Of a DNA stretch of 64,000 nucleotides, positions 47,651-58,490 are shown piece after piece. Positions within the stretch are counted from its first letter, which is position 1. Each line of letters begins with the position of its first letter. The stretch lies in assembly GCA_036497285.1 (NCBI GenBank), contig DASXJR010000062.1:281-64280 (forward strand), in the 5' to 3' direction. The DNA is from Jatrophihabitans sp. Its GTDB lineage: Bacteria > Actinomycetota > Actinomycetes > Mycobacteriales > Jatrophihabitantaceae. The notes under the pieces are model-generated. The model did not search any database and had not been told where the DNA came from. It saw only the letters and a list, made by a program, of their open reading frames with translations. The position numbers and the translations under genes are program-made.

Positions 47651-48601
47651 ATGCGGGAGCGGTTCTTGATCGGGTTCGCCGTCGCCGCACTCGCAGTCGG
47701 ACTGGTCGGCATCTTCTCGCACTACCACGCCCCCGGGTCCACGTACACGCTCGCGCTGAGCGCGTTCGCGACCTACCTCGGTATCGGCGCCGTATTAGCT
47801 GCGGTGCTGTTCGCGCTGCTTCGCACCCGTCTCGGCTGGGCGGGTTGTGCCGTCGCCATCGGCGTCGTCGTGTGGACGGTCGCGCTGCAGGTGCCCGCGT
47901 ACGTCGCGCAGACCCTCCCGACGCAAGGCACCGACGTAGTCGTCATGACCTCGAACCTCAAGGTGGGGGCGGCCGATCCGCACGCCGTCGTCGCAGCCGC
48001 CCGATCGCACCACGTCGACGTATTGATGCTCGAGGAGTTGACGCCCGGGATCCGCCGTGCGCTGCGCGGCGCGGGCCTGGACGAGTTTCTCCCGCACTCG
48101 GTCGCCGACCCACACGACGGCGGCGCCGGGACCGGGCTGTGGAGCCGTTACCCGCTGACCGATGCGAGCGTGCGCCGCGACCTCGGCTTCTCGTTCGTGA
48201 CAGCGCGGACGAAGCTGCCCGGCGGCGAGACGACGCTCGCGGCGATCCACGTGTTCGGTCCGTACCCGCAGGCGCAGTTCCCCCGGTGGAACAGCGACAT
48301 GCACGCCTATCCCGGTGTGCTCAGCGCGCTGCCGGGGCAGACCGTCCTCATCGGCGGAGACTTCAACGCGACGGGGGACGACGTCCAGTTCCGGACTGTG
48401 CTGGGCGACCGCTACCTCGACGCAGCCGTACAGGCCGGCGCCGGCTACACGCCGACCTGGCCTGCCAACCGCTGGTATCCGCCGCTGATCACCATCGACC
48501 ATGTGCTCACCCAGGGCGCGGTGGCCCGCTCGGCCGACACCGTGGAGATCGCCGGGTCGGACCACCGGGCGCTGATCGTGTCCGTCCGGATTCCGGGCTG
48601 A
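47651..48601 (+). CDS. Endonuclease/exonuclease/phosphatase (EEP) family protein with N-terminal TM segments
   Basis: 3-4 TM helices, then VVMTSNLKVG...LMLEE...GGDFNAT...IDHVL...GSDHRAL. A GTG at 47600 is an alternative start that overlaps the map stop. Confidence 0.7.
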   Translation: MRERFLIGFAVAALAVGLVGIFSHYHAPGSTYTLALSAFATYLGIGAVLAAVLFALLRTRLGWAGCAVAIGVVVWTVALQVPAYVAQTLPTQGTDVVVMTSNLKVGAADPHAVVAAARSHHVDVLMLEELTPGIRRALRGAGLDEFLPHSVADPHDGGAGTGLWSRYPLTDASVRRDLGFSFVTARTKLPGGETTLAAIHVFGPYPQAQFPRWNSDMHAYPGVLSALPGQTVLIGGDFNATGDDVQFRTVLGDRYLDAAVQAGAGYTPTWPANRWYPPLITIDHVLTQGAVARSADTVEIAGSDHRALIVSVRIPG

Positions 48602-48657
48602 TACGACACTATTGCGAAATCTGCGATCAGCCATAGATTCGCCGATACAGTCCGAGC

Positions 48658-49851
48658 GTGGATCCCGTTCGGAACCCCTATGCCCCCGGCGCGGGGCAGC
48701 GCCCGCCGGAACTGGCCGGCCGTGACACCGAGCTCGACGGCTTCGAGGTGGTGCTCGAGCGGATCGCGCGGTCACGCCCGGAACGCTCGATGGTGCTGAT
48801 CGGGTTGCGCGGCGTCGGCAAGACCGTGCTGCTGAACGCGATGCGCAGCGCCGCGGTGCGTCGCGGGTGGGGCACCGGCAAGCTCGAGGCTCGTCCGGGG
48901 CAGTCGCTGCGTCGTCCGCTCGCCGCCGCGCTGCACCTGGCGGTGCGCGAACTGGCACACCCGCAGGACGCCGACGTGCGTCAGGTGCTCGGTGTGGTGA
49001 AGGCCTTCGCCCAACGTGAGCCCGCCGGCGCGAAGCCGACCAAGCAGCGGTGGTCGCCGGGCATCGACGTGCCGGCCGCGGTCGGACGGGCGGACTCGGG
49101 CGACACCGAGATCGATCTCGTCGAGCTCTTCTCGGACGTCGCAGGGCTGGCCGCCGACACCGGGCACGGTATTGCGGTCTTCATCGACGAGATGCAGGAC
49201 ATCGGTCCCGACGACGTCTCGGCGCTGTGCGCGGCGTGCCATGAGATCTCGCAGCAGGGCCTGCCGCTGGTGGTGGTCGGCGCCGGACTGCCGCATGTGC
49301 CGGCCGTCCTTTCCGCGGCCAAGTCGTACTCCGAGCGGCTGTTCCGGTTCGCACGAATCGACCGGCTCGAGCGAGCGGCCGCCGACGTCGCGCTGCAGGT
49401 ACCGGCCCGCGAGGAGGGCGCGGAGTTCACCGACGACGCGCTCGCCGCGATGTACGCAGCCACCGGCGGCTATCCCTACTTCGTGCAGGCGTACGGCAAG
49501 GTGGCGTGGGACGTCGCGCCGCACTCGCCGATCACCGCCGACGACATCGCGGTCGCCGCACCCGTCGCCGAGAGCGAACTCGCGGTGGGATTCTTCGGCT
49601 CGAGGTACGAGCGGGCCACGCCGGGCGAACGCGAGTACCTACGGGCAATGGCCGAGGTGGCCGAGCCGGTGGCTCCGGACGAGCCGGTCGCGACCGCCGC
49701 GGTGGCTGAGGTGCTGGAGCGGTCGCCGCAGTCGGTGTCGCCGGCGCGCGATGCGCTGCTGAAGAAGGGCTTGATCTACTCGGGGCAGCGGGGCCGGATC
49801 GCGTTCACCGTTCCGCACTTCGGCCGCTACCTGCGCGAGCTCGAGGCTTAA
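48658..49851 (+). CDS. AAA+ ATPase (ORC/Cdc6- or archaeal-ATPase-like) with C-terminal winged-helix-like region
   Basis: 397 aa. NPYAPGAGQRPPELAGRD...VLIGLRGVGKTVLL Walker A, FIDEMQD Walker B. Confidence 0.65.
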   Translation: MDPVRNPYAPGAGQRPPELAGRDTELDGFEVVLERIARSRPERSMVLIGLRGVGKTVLLNAMRSAAVRRGWGTGKLEARPGQSLRRPLAAALHLAVRELAHPQDADVRQVLGVVKAFAQREPAGAKPTKQRWSPGIDVPAAVGRADSGDTEIDLVELFSDVAGLAADTGHGIAVFIDEMQDIGPDDVSALCAACHEISQQGLPLVVVGAGLPHVPAVLSAAKSYSERLFRFARIDRLERAAADVALQVPAREEGAEFTDDALAAMYAATGGYPYFVQAYGKVAWDVAPHSPITADDIAVAAPVAESELAVGFFGSRYERATPGEREYLRAMAEVAEPVAPDEPVATAAVAEVLERSPQSVSPARDALLKKGLIYSGQRGRIAFTVPHFGRYLRELEA

Positions 49852-50468
49852 ATCACTGCGTGCTGGCGGATCCAGGTGTGCATCGCGATCCCTGCGGCGA
49901 CGCCGGCGTTGATCGAGCGGGTCGAGCCGAACTGGGAGATCGACACCGTCAGTGCGGCAACCGCACGCGCCTCGTCGGACAGCCCCGTCCCCTCCTGCCC
50001 GAACAACAGCAGCGCGTGGCGCGGCAGCGTCGTGGTCTCGAGCGGCACTGCACCGGGCAGGTTGTCGACGGCCACCAGTGTGTAGCCCTGCTCGGACGCG
50101 TAGGCCGCCAGGTCAGCTGGGGTGTCCAGGTGGCGCACGTGCAAGTAGCGGTCGGTGACCATCGCACCGCGCCGATTCCAGCGCCGCCGTCCGACGATGA
50201 TCACCTCGCGAGCCTGGAAGGCGTTCGCCGTGCGCACCACCGTCCCGATGTTCAGGTCGTGGCGCCAGTTCTCGATCGCCACGGCGAACTCGTGCCGCGT
50301 TGTGTCCAGGTCGGCCTTGATCGCCTCGACCGTCCAGTACCGGTACCGGTCGGCGACGTTGCGGCGGTCGCCATGGCGCAGCAGGCCCGGGTCCATCCGC
50401 GGGTCGTCCGGCCAGGGCTGCGGGTGCGGCCCGACCCCGACGTCCGGACAGTGGTCAGTTTCGTCCAC
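49848..50468 (-). CDS. TrmH/SpoU-family RNA 2'-O-methyltransferase
   Basis: C-terminal SPOUT knot motifs (LLFGQEGTGLS, IPQ-like SISQFGSTRSINAGVAAGIAMH). Start uncertain: GTG 50468 lies inside repeat A2, ATG 50396 is an alternative. Confidence 0.75.
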   Translation of the reverse strand: MDETDHCPDVGVGPHPQPWPDDPRMDPGLLRHGDRRNVADRYRYWTVEAIKADLDTTRHEFAVAIENWRHDLNIGTVVRTANAFQAREVIIVGRRRWNRRGAMVTDRYLHVRHLDTPADLAAYASEQGYTLVAVDNLPGAVPLETTTLPRHALLLFGQEGTGLSDEARAVAALTVSISQFGSTRSINAGVAAGIAMHTWIRQHAVI

Positions 50469-50514
50469 AGTGGTTAGTTGTAACTGACCACTATCGCCGG
50501 AACTAACCACTGTC
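50447..50514. repeat. Family A nested-palindrome element, copy A2
   Basis: GACAGTGGTCAGTT - CACAGTGGTTAGTTG|TAACTGACCACTAT - GAACTAACCACTGTC. Ends 6 nt from the pyrE stop. Confidence 0.9.
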
Positions 50515-50520
50515 GGCGCA

Positions 50521-51042
50521 TCAGGCGAGGCCGAGGTCGGCGAGGGTGTAGACCGAGCGCGCCTCGAAGCCCTCGGCCTCGATCGTGGCGAGGCCGCCGC
50601 GATCGGCGATCAGCGCGACGCCGGCGACGGTGGCGCCGGCTTCCTGTGCGGCCCGGGCGGCGGTCAGGGGTGAGTCCCCGGTCGTCGAGACGTCGTCGAC
50701 GATCAGCACCCGGCGTCCCTCGACGGACGGGCCCTCGATCTGCTGCTGCATACCGTGCGCCTTCTGCGCCTTACGGACGAGGAACGCGTCCACCGCACCG
50801 CCGGACGCGTGCATCACCGCGCAGGCCACCGGGTCCGCGCCCAGAGTGAGCCCGCCGACCGCGTCGTAGTCCCAGTCGGACGTGAGCGAGCGCAGCGCGG
50901 CCCCGACCAGCGGGCCGGCGGTGCGGTGCAGCGAGATGCGCCGCAAGTCGAGGTAGTAGTCGGCCTCTTTGCCGGAGGACAGCGTGACCTTGCCGTGCAC
51001 CACGGCGAGGTCCTTGATCAGATCGAGCAGTTGGTCAGCCAC
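50521..51042 (-). CDS. pyrE: Orotate phosphoribosyltransferase
   Basis: 173 aa. PRPP-binding motif VLIVDDVSTTGDS. Confidence 0.9.
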   Translation of the reverse strand: MADQLLDLIKDLAVVHGKVTLSSGKEADYYLDLRRISLHRTAGPLVGAALRSLTSDWDYDAVGGLTLGADPVACAVMHASGGAVDAFLVRKAQKAHGMQQQIEGPSVEGRRVLIVDDVSTTGDSPLTAARAAQEAGATVAGVALIADRGGLATIEAEGFEARSVYTLADLGLA

Positions 51043-51045
51043 GGC

Positions 51046-51813
51046 TTAGAAGTTACGGCGGGCCATCACCCGCCGCAGCAACGGGCGGGGCACCAGCCGC
51101 GAAAGCGTCACCAGCCGCCGGTACTGCCGGCTCGGGATGCTGACCGGCTTGCCCTCGAACGCGTCGGCCAGGCCCTCGCGCACCACCGAAGCCGCGTCGA
51201 GCCACATCCGGTCGGGTACGTGCGACATGTCGGCGTGGGCGCGGTCGTGGAACTCGGTACGGGTGAAGCCCGGGCAGATCGCAGTCACGGTCACCCCGCT
51301 GCCGGTCAGCTGGACCGAGAGCGCCTCGCTGAACATCGTCACCCAGGCCTTGGACGCGGCATAGGTGGCGTTCGACCCACGCGGCACGAACGCAGACACC
51401 GACGAGACGTTGACGATGCGACCCTGCCCGCGCGCGGTCATCACCCGTACTGCGGCGTGCGAGAGCCGCAGCACGGCCCGCACGTTGAGATCGAGCTGAC
51501 GCTCCTCGTCGGCGAGGTCGGCGCTGCCGAACACCTTGTACATGCCGAATCCGGCGTTGTTCACCAGGACGTCGATGGGCGGGTCGCGGTCCTCGATCCG
51601 CTCGGCGACTGCGGTGCAGCCCTCGTCGGTGGTGAGGTCGGCGCCAATCAGCTTCACCTTGCGGCCGTGCCGCCGGGTCAGCTCGTCGCCGACCTGCTCG
51701 AGACGGTCGGTGTCACGCGCGACCAGGACGAGGTCGTAACCGTCCGCGGCCAACTGCCGCGCGAACTCGGCCCCGAGCCCCGCGGTCGCTCCGGTGACCA
51801 GAGCGGTCGGCAC
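51046..51813 (-). CDS. Short-chain dehydrogenase/reductase (SDR)
   Basis: GTG start VPTALVTGATAGLG. NNAG. YAASK catalytic motif. Confidence 0.85.
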   Translation of the reverse strand: MPTALVTGATAGLGAEFARQLAADGYDLVLVARDTDRLEQVGDELTRRHGRKVKLIGADLTTDEGCTAVAERIEDRDPPIDVLVNNAGFGMYKVFGSADLADEERQLDLNVRAVLRLSHAAVRVMTARGQGRIVNVSSVSAFVPRGSNATYAASKAWVTMFSEALSVQLTGSGVTVTAICPGFTRTEFHDRAHADMSHVPDRMWLDAASVVREGLADAFEGKPVSIPSRQYRRLVTLSRLVPRPLLRRVMARRNF

Positions 51814-51815
51814 CG

Positions 51816-52565
51816 TCAGTCCGTGCTGCGGCGGGACTTGCTCGCCTTGGCGCGCGAGCGGGCCAGCTCGGCCCCCCGGGCCACGGCCTCGGCGTCGGCG
51901 CGGACCTTGGCCCGTGCCTTCGGCGCACCGGACGGGCGGACGGCTTCGTCCTTGGCCCGCTGCTGAGCCGCGCGGGCGGCGGCTGCCTGCCCGCCGCCCG
52001 GACCGCCCAGGCCGGGACGTTGCCGTCGCGGTCCGAACAGGCTGGGTCGCGGCTGGCCGCGCCGCTCCGGCGGCAGGGAGGCCTGCCGGCAGTCGCGGAA
52101 GTACTTCTGCGAGGGCGGCGGAACGAAGACCAGCAGGATCGCGGCGATCGCGGCGACCCCGACCACCACGCCGGCCACGTTGACCGCGGCGGGGAAGCCA
52201 CTGATCGGCACGACGTAGAACGGCAGGCTGGTGAACACCATCAGGATCAGCAGCGCCCACCGCGAACCGCTCGCCGAACGGGCCCGGCGGACGGCGAACA
52301 CCAGCAGCGTCAGGGCGACGGCGATGACCAGGCCCATGACGAGCGTGCCTTGACGCAGCGAGTGCAGGTCCGCGTTGATCTGGTCGGCACCGTAGGGCGT
52401 CTTCTTCTTGTCCCCGGCCTTGTTGTTGGCGTTCACCAGGTATGAGGTGAGCGTCGAGGTCGAGCCGAGCAGCAGGAGGCCACGAGCCACCGACGCCACC
52501 GCGACAAGGATCATGGCCAGGCACGCGAGGTCGATCGTGCGCGGGGTCGGCAGCTGCTTGGGCAT
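51816..52565 (-). CDS. Membrane protein with basic, Ala/Arg-rich C-terminal tail, unknown function
   Basis: 249 aa from MPKQLPTPR (or 279 aa from GTG 52655). 4 TM helices. Stop is 2 nt from the SDR start. Confidence 0.5.
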   Translation of the reverse strand: MPKQLPTPRTIDLACLAMILVAVASVARGLLLLGSTSTLTSYLVNANNKAGDKKKTPYGADQINADLHSLRQGTLVMGLVIAVALTLLVFAVRRARSASGSRWALLILMVFTSLPFYVVPISGFPAAVNVAGVVVGVAAIAAILLVFVPPPSQKYFRDCRQASLPPERRGQPRPSLFGPRRQRPGLGGPGGGQAAAARAAQQRAKDEAVRPSGAPKARAKVRADAEAVARGAELARSRAKASKSRRSTD

Positions 52566-52801
52566 GTCGCTCGAGGCGGCCGCGCTGGTCTTGCGGAGCG
52601 ACTTGCTCAGCGAGATGCGCGAACGCTCGTCGGTCGATGAGGTCGTGTCGCTCACCGGCGCAGTGTACGTGGCGCGAGCGGCGCGCCGCCCACCGCGCAC
52701 AGTTCGCCGCCGGGTCGGACCCTGCGAGCCGGTGGACGGGCGGCGCGATGTCATAGAGTCGGGCACCACACGAACGACACCCGGCGAAGAGGCACCCTGC
52801 G

Positions 52802-53473
52802 ATGACCGTCCCGCCCGAGAAGGACCCCGAGGGCAGCGGGTCGAGCGAACAGGCCCCGCTGGACTTCGATCCGTACCGCTTCGGCAAGCCCGACCACCCG
52901 ATCCCGCCGGAGTACGCCCCGCCGGGTTACGTGCCGCCGGCCACCCAGCCGGGTCAACCGGCGCCGGTGTGGCCGCCGCGTGACGACGAGCAGCGCACGC
53001 CGTACGGCGGCTACCCGCAGTACCCGCCGGGCCCGTACCCGCCGGGCCAGTACCCGCCGAGCCCGTACCCACCGGGCCAGTACCAGCAGGGCCAGTACCA
53101 GCAGGGCCAGTACCAGCAGCACCCGCCGCCACCGCCGGGCTACCCGGCGTACGGGCTGGTGCAGCAGGGCAACGGCAAGGCCACCACGGCGATGGTGCTC
53201 GGCATCCTGGCGATCGTCTTCTTCTGGCTGACGATCATCGACCTGGCGCTCGCCATCCCAGCGATCGTCATCGGCGCACTGGCCCTGCGCGACGCCAAGC
53301 GGTTCCCCGAGCGCGGTGGTCGGCGCAAGGCCTTTGCCGGCCTGGTGTGCGGGATCGTCTCGGTCGTCATGATCATCGCGACCGTCGCCGTCGTGTACGT
53401 AAGGATCAAGCCGTGCTTCGACTACGGCATGAACTCGAACGCGTACAACTCATGCGTGCGGGACAAGCTCTAG
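52802..53473 (+). CDS. DUF4190-like membrane protein with Pro/Gln/Tyr-rich N-terminal region
   Basis: 223 aa. PPGQYPPSPYPPGQYQQGQYQQGQYQQ low-complexity region, then two TM helices (MVLGILAIVFFW..., GLVCGIVSVVMII). Confidence 0.65.
   Translation: MTVPPEKDPEGSGSSEQAPLDFDPYRFGKPDHPIPPEYAPPGYVPPATQPGQPAPVWPPRDDEQRTPYGGYPQYPPGPYPPGQYPPSPYPPGQYQQGQYQQGQYQQHPPPPPGYPAYGLVQQGNGKATTAMVLGILAIVFFWLTIIDLALAIPAIVIGALALRDAKRFPERGGRRKAFAGLVCGIVSVVMIIATVAVVYVRIKPCFDYGMNSNAYNSCVRDKL
53075..53119 (+). repeat. Perfect 15-nt tandem repeat x3 (GGCCAGTACCAGCAG, encodes GQYQQ)
   Basis: Read directly at 53075-53089, 53090-53104 and 53105-53119. Confidence 0.9.
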
Positions 53474-53483
53474 GCGGCGCGCA

Positions 53484-54134
53484 GTGACCGAGCAGACCCC
53501 GCAGGATCCCTACGCCGGCAAGCCGTACTACGGCCCGCCGCAGCAGCCGTACGGCCAGTACCCCCCGCAGGGGTACGGGCAGCAGTATCCGCAGCAGTAC
53601 CAGTCATATCCGCAGCAGCCGGGGTATTCGCCGTACCCGCAGTACGCGCCGTATCAGTACCAGCCCTATCCGTACCCGTACCAGCGGCCGCCCGACAGGC
53701 CGGGTACCGCGACCACCGCGGCCGTGCTCGCCTTCGTCGCCGGCGGGTTGCTGATCGTCGCCTCGCTGTTCCTGTTCGCCGGCGCCTCGCTGATCAACGA
53801 CCTGGGCGACGAGCTGAACCAGAGCACCGGTCCCGCCACCAGCGAACTCGCGATCGACGGGGTCATCAATCTGATCGCGTCGGGGCTGCTGATCGCGGGC
53901 GGGGTGATGGTGGCCGGGCGCAAGCTGCGCGGGCGCAACCTGCTCACCACCGGCAGCGGCATCGTCGTTGCCTGTTCGATCTACTGGTTGGTGCGCTTCG
54001 ACCACTCGTTCGGCGGCACGGTGTTCTACGCGGTGCTGTTCTCGGCGCTGGTCGTCATCTCGGTGTCCATGGCCTTCACGACGACGTCGCGGGCCTGGCT
54101 GACAGCAGCGCCGTCCACCAAGCCCGCGACGTAG
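53484..54134 (+). CDS. Membrane protein with Pro/Gln/Tyr-rich N-terminal region (second of tandem pair)
   Basis: 216 aa. YGQYPPQGYGQQYPQQYQSYPQQPGYSPYPQYAPYQYQPYPYPYQ, then 4 TM helices. Confidence 0.6.
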   Translation: MTEQTPQDPYAGKPYYGPPQQPYGQYPPQGYGQQYPQQYQSYPQQPGYSPYPQYAPYQYQPYPYPYQRPPDRPGTATTAAVLAFVAGGLLIVASLFLFAGASLINDLGDELNQSTGPATSELAIDGVINLIASGLLIAGGVMVAGRKLRGRNLLTTGSGIVVACSIYWLVRFDHSFGGTVFYAVLFSALVVISVSMAFTTTSRAWLTAAPSTKPAT

Positions 54135-54138
54135 TAAC

Positions 54139-56721
<2,583 letters not shown>

Positions 56722-56771
56722 ACAGTCACTATCTCCTGTGTTGAGGTCCTGACGACACAACGAACCGCAAG

Positions 56772-56790
56772 TTGAGTCTGTTCCGCTCAA
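56772..56790 (-). promoter_or_regulatory. HAIR-like inverted repeat (HspR operator) about 50 nt upstream of clpB
   Basis: TTGAGT ctgttcc GCTCAA. Compare the HAIR consensus CTTGAGT-N7-ACTCAAG: one arm exact, one mismatch in the other, correct 7-nt spacer. hspR is encoded in the same window. Confidence 0.6.
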
Positions 56791-56858
56791 CCCAGTCCGA
56801 CTTGGCCTCCCAGCAGGGCGACACGCCGCGCACGACCCTGCTGCGGGGCCAAGCCGGG

Positions 56859-58415
56859 TCAGGCAAGAGCGATCATGGTGTCCGCGGCGGCGGCGAGGAC
56901 GGGATCGTGGGTCGCGGCGACGACGGCCACCCCGGCGCGGGCTGCCGCGACGAGCACCGCGGCGACGATCTCCGCGTGCGCTTCGTCCTGCTGGGAGGTC
57001 GGTTCGTCCAGCACCACGAGCGGACGCTGGGTCACCAGCGACCGGGCGATCCCGACCCGCTGCCGCTCGCCGCCCGACAGCAGCCGGACGGGCCGGCGCG
57101 AGACCGCGGCCAGGCCGAGCGCGGCAACCACCGAGCGGGCCGGCGCGTCGTCGGGCGACATGCCGCGGGCGGCGCGGGCGAGGGCCAGGTTCTCCCAGGT
57201 GTCCAGCGGCTCGGCGAGCGCGCCGGACTGCATGCTCACCCCGACCAGCGCCCGGCGCACATCGGCCCGGGCGCTGCGCGACAGCACCGCCAGGTCGTGC
57301 TCGCCGAGGCGCACTGTGCCCGAGTCGGGGTCCGCGAGACCGAGAAGCAGCCGCAGCAGGGTCGACTTGCCGGCCCCGGACCGTCCCCGCACGATCGTCA
57401 GCGCGCCGGGTGCGATCGTCGCGTCGAAGCCGTCGAACACGACGCGGTCGCCGTAGCTCACGCCGATGTCGCGCAGCGCTGCCACCGGTCCGTCCGTGAC
57501 TTGCTGCGGAGGTTGCAGCTGGATCGTCCGATCCGGCTCCGGCAGGTACTCGCCGTCGCCGGACAGCATTGCCGCGTCGCCGTGCGCCCGCACCCGCGCG
57601 CGCTCGCGCAGCCCGATCCGGCGGCGCAGAGACTCCGGCAGACGCACCCAGCCCCGGTCGTCGACCACGAGCTCCTCGTCGTCCGGCGCGTCCGGGGACC
57701 ACTGCTCGGACAGCCGACCGTCGCGGATGCGCACCACCCGGTCGGCGATGCGGGCCGCCCGCTGGTCGTGGGTGACGAGCACGAGCGTGGCGTCCGCGCG
57801 CTTGGCTGCCGCGGCCAGCAGGTCGTAGACGGCGTCGGCAGCGTCGATGTCCAGCTCGCCGGTGGGTTCGTCGGCGAGCACGACGGACGGGCCGTGCGCC
57901 ATCGCGGCACAGACGGCCACCCGCTGCGCCTCGCCCGCGGACAGCGTCGGCGGGCGCCGCGCGGCGAGCGCGGAAAGGCCGAGCGCGCCGAGCGACTCCT
58001 CGGCGGTGGCGCGGGCCGCGCGGCGGTCGTGCCCGGACAGCCGTAGCTGCAGCGCGACGTTGTCGAGCACGTCCAGCTCGGGTCGCAGCGCACGTCCCGA
58101 GTGCTGGTCGACGACGCCGAGCACCTCGCGCCGCAGTCCGGAAAGCCGGGCCGACCGCGCGCCGGCCAATTCCACGCCGCTCACCCGCACCGATCCGGAG
58201 CTGGCCGCCACCTCGCCGGTCAGCACCCGCAGCAAGGTCGTCTTGCCCGACCCGTTCGGACCGTGCACGACCAGGCCTTCCCCGGCTGGCACGCGCAGCG
58301 ACAAGCCGCGCAATGCTGCCACCGTCGCTCCGCCCGGCACTGTGTACAGGCAGAACAGATCGGCCACGCGGATCGCGTCCTGTGCGCGCTCGTTCTGGAC
58401 GGGTTCGATGGTCAT
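56859..58415 (-). CDS. ABC transporter ATP-binding protein with two fused nucleotide-binding domains
   Basis: 518 aa. NBD1 GPNGSGKTT / LSAGEAQR / VVLADEPT. NBD2 GRSGAGKST / LSGGERQR / VVLDEPT. Confidence 0.85.
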   Translation of the reverse strand: MTIEPVQNERAQDAIRVADLFCLYTVPGGATVAALRGLSLRVPAGEGLVVHGPNGSGKTTLLRVLTGEVAASSGSVRVSGVELAGARSARLSGLRREVLGVVDQHSGRALRPELDVLDNVALQLRLSGHDRRAARATAEESLGALGLSALAARRPPTLSAGEAQRVAVCAAMAHGPSVVLADEPTGELDIDAADAVYDLLAAAAKRADATLVLVTHDQRAARIADRVVRIRDGRLSEQWSPDAPDDEELVVDDRGWVRLPESLRRRIGLRERARVRAHGDAAMLSGDGEYLPEPDRTIQLQPPQQVTDGPVAALRDIGVSYGDRVVFDGFDATIAPGALTIVRGRSGAGKSTLLRLLLGLADPDSGTVRLGEHDLAVLSRSARADVRRALVGVSMQSGALAEPLDTWENLALARAARGMSPDDAPARSVVAALGLAAVSRRPVRLLSGGERQRVGIARSLVTQRPLVVLDEPTSQQDEAHAEIVAAVLVAAARAGVAVVAATHDPVLAAAADTMIALA

Positions 58416-58490
58416 GGCCTCATCGACCCGCTCCCGGCTCGATCCGCTCCTTAGTCGCGGACTGTGCTTCTTGGCTCGTCGCGCGAGCGC

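Noticed and set aside
51816-53132. N-terminal part of the 438-aa minus-strand ORF with AGTGP AGTGP VGTGS repeats, plus ORF 52751-53122.
   Set aside because: This is the mirror image of the Pro/Gln/Tyr-rich coding repeat of the plus-strand gene 52802-53473. The real minus-strand gene most likely starts at 52565 or 52655.
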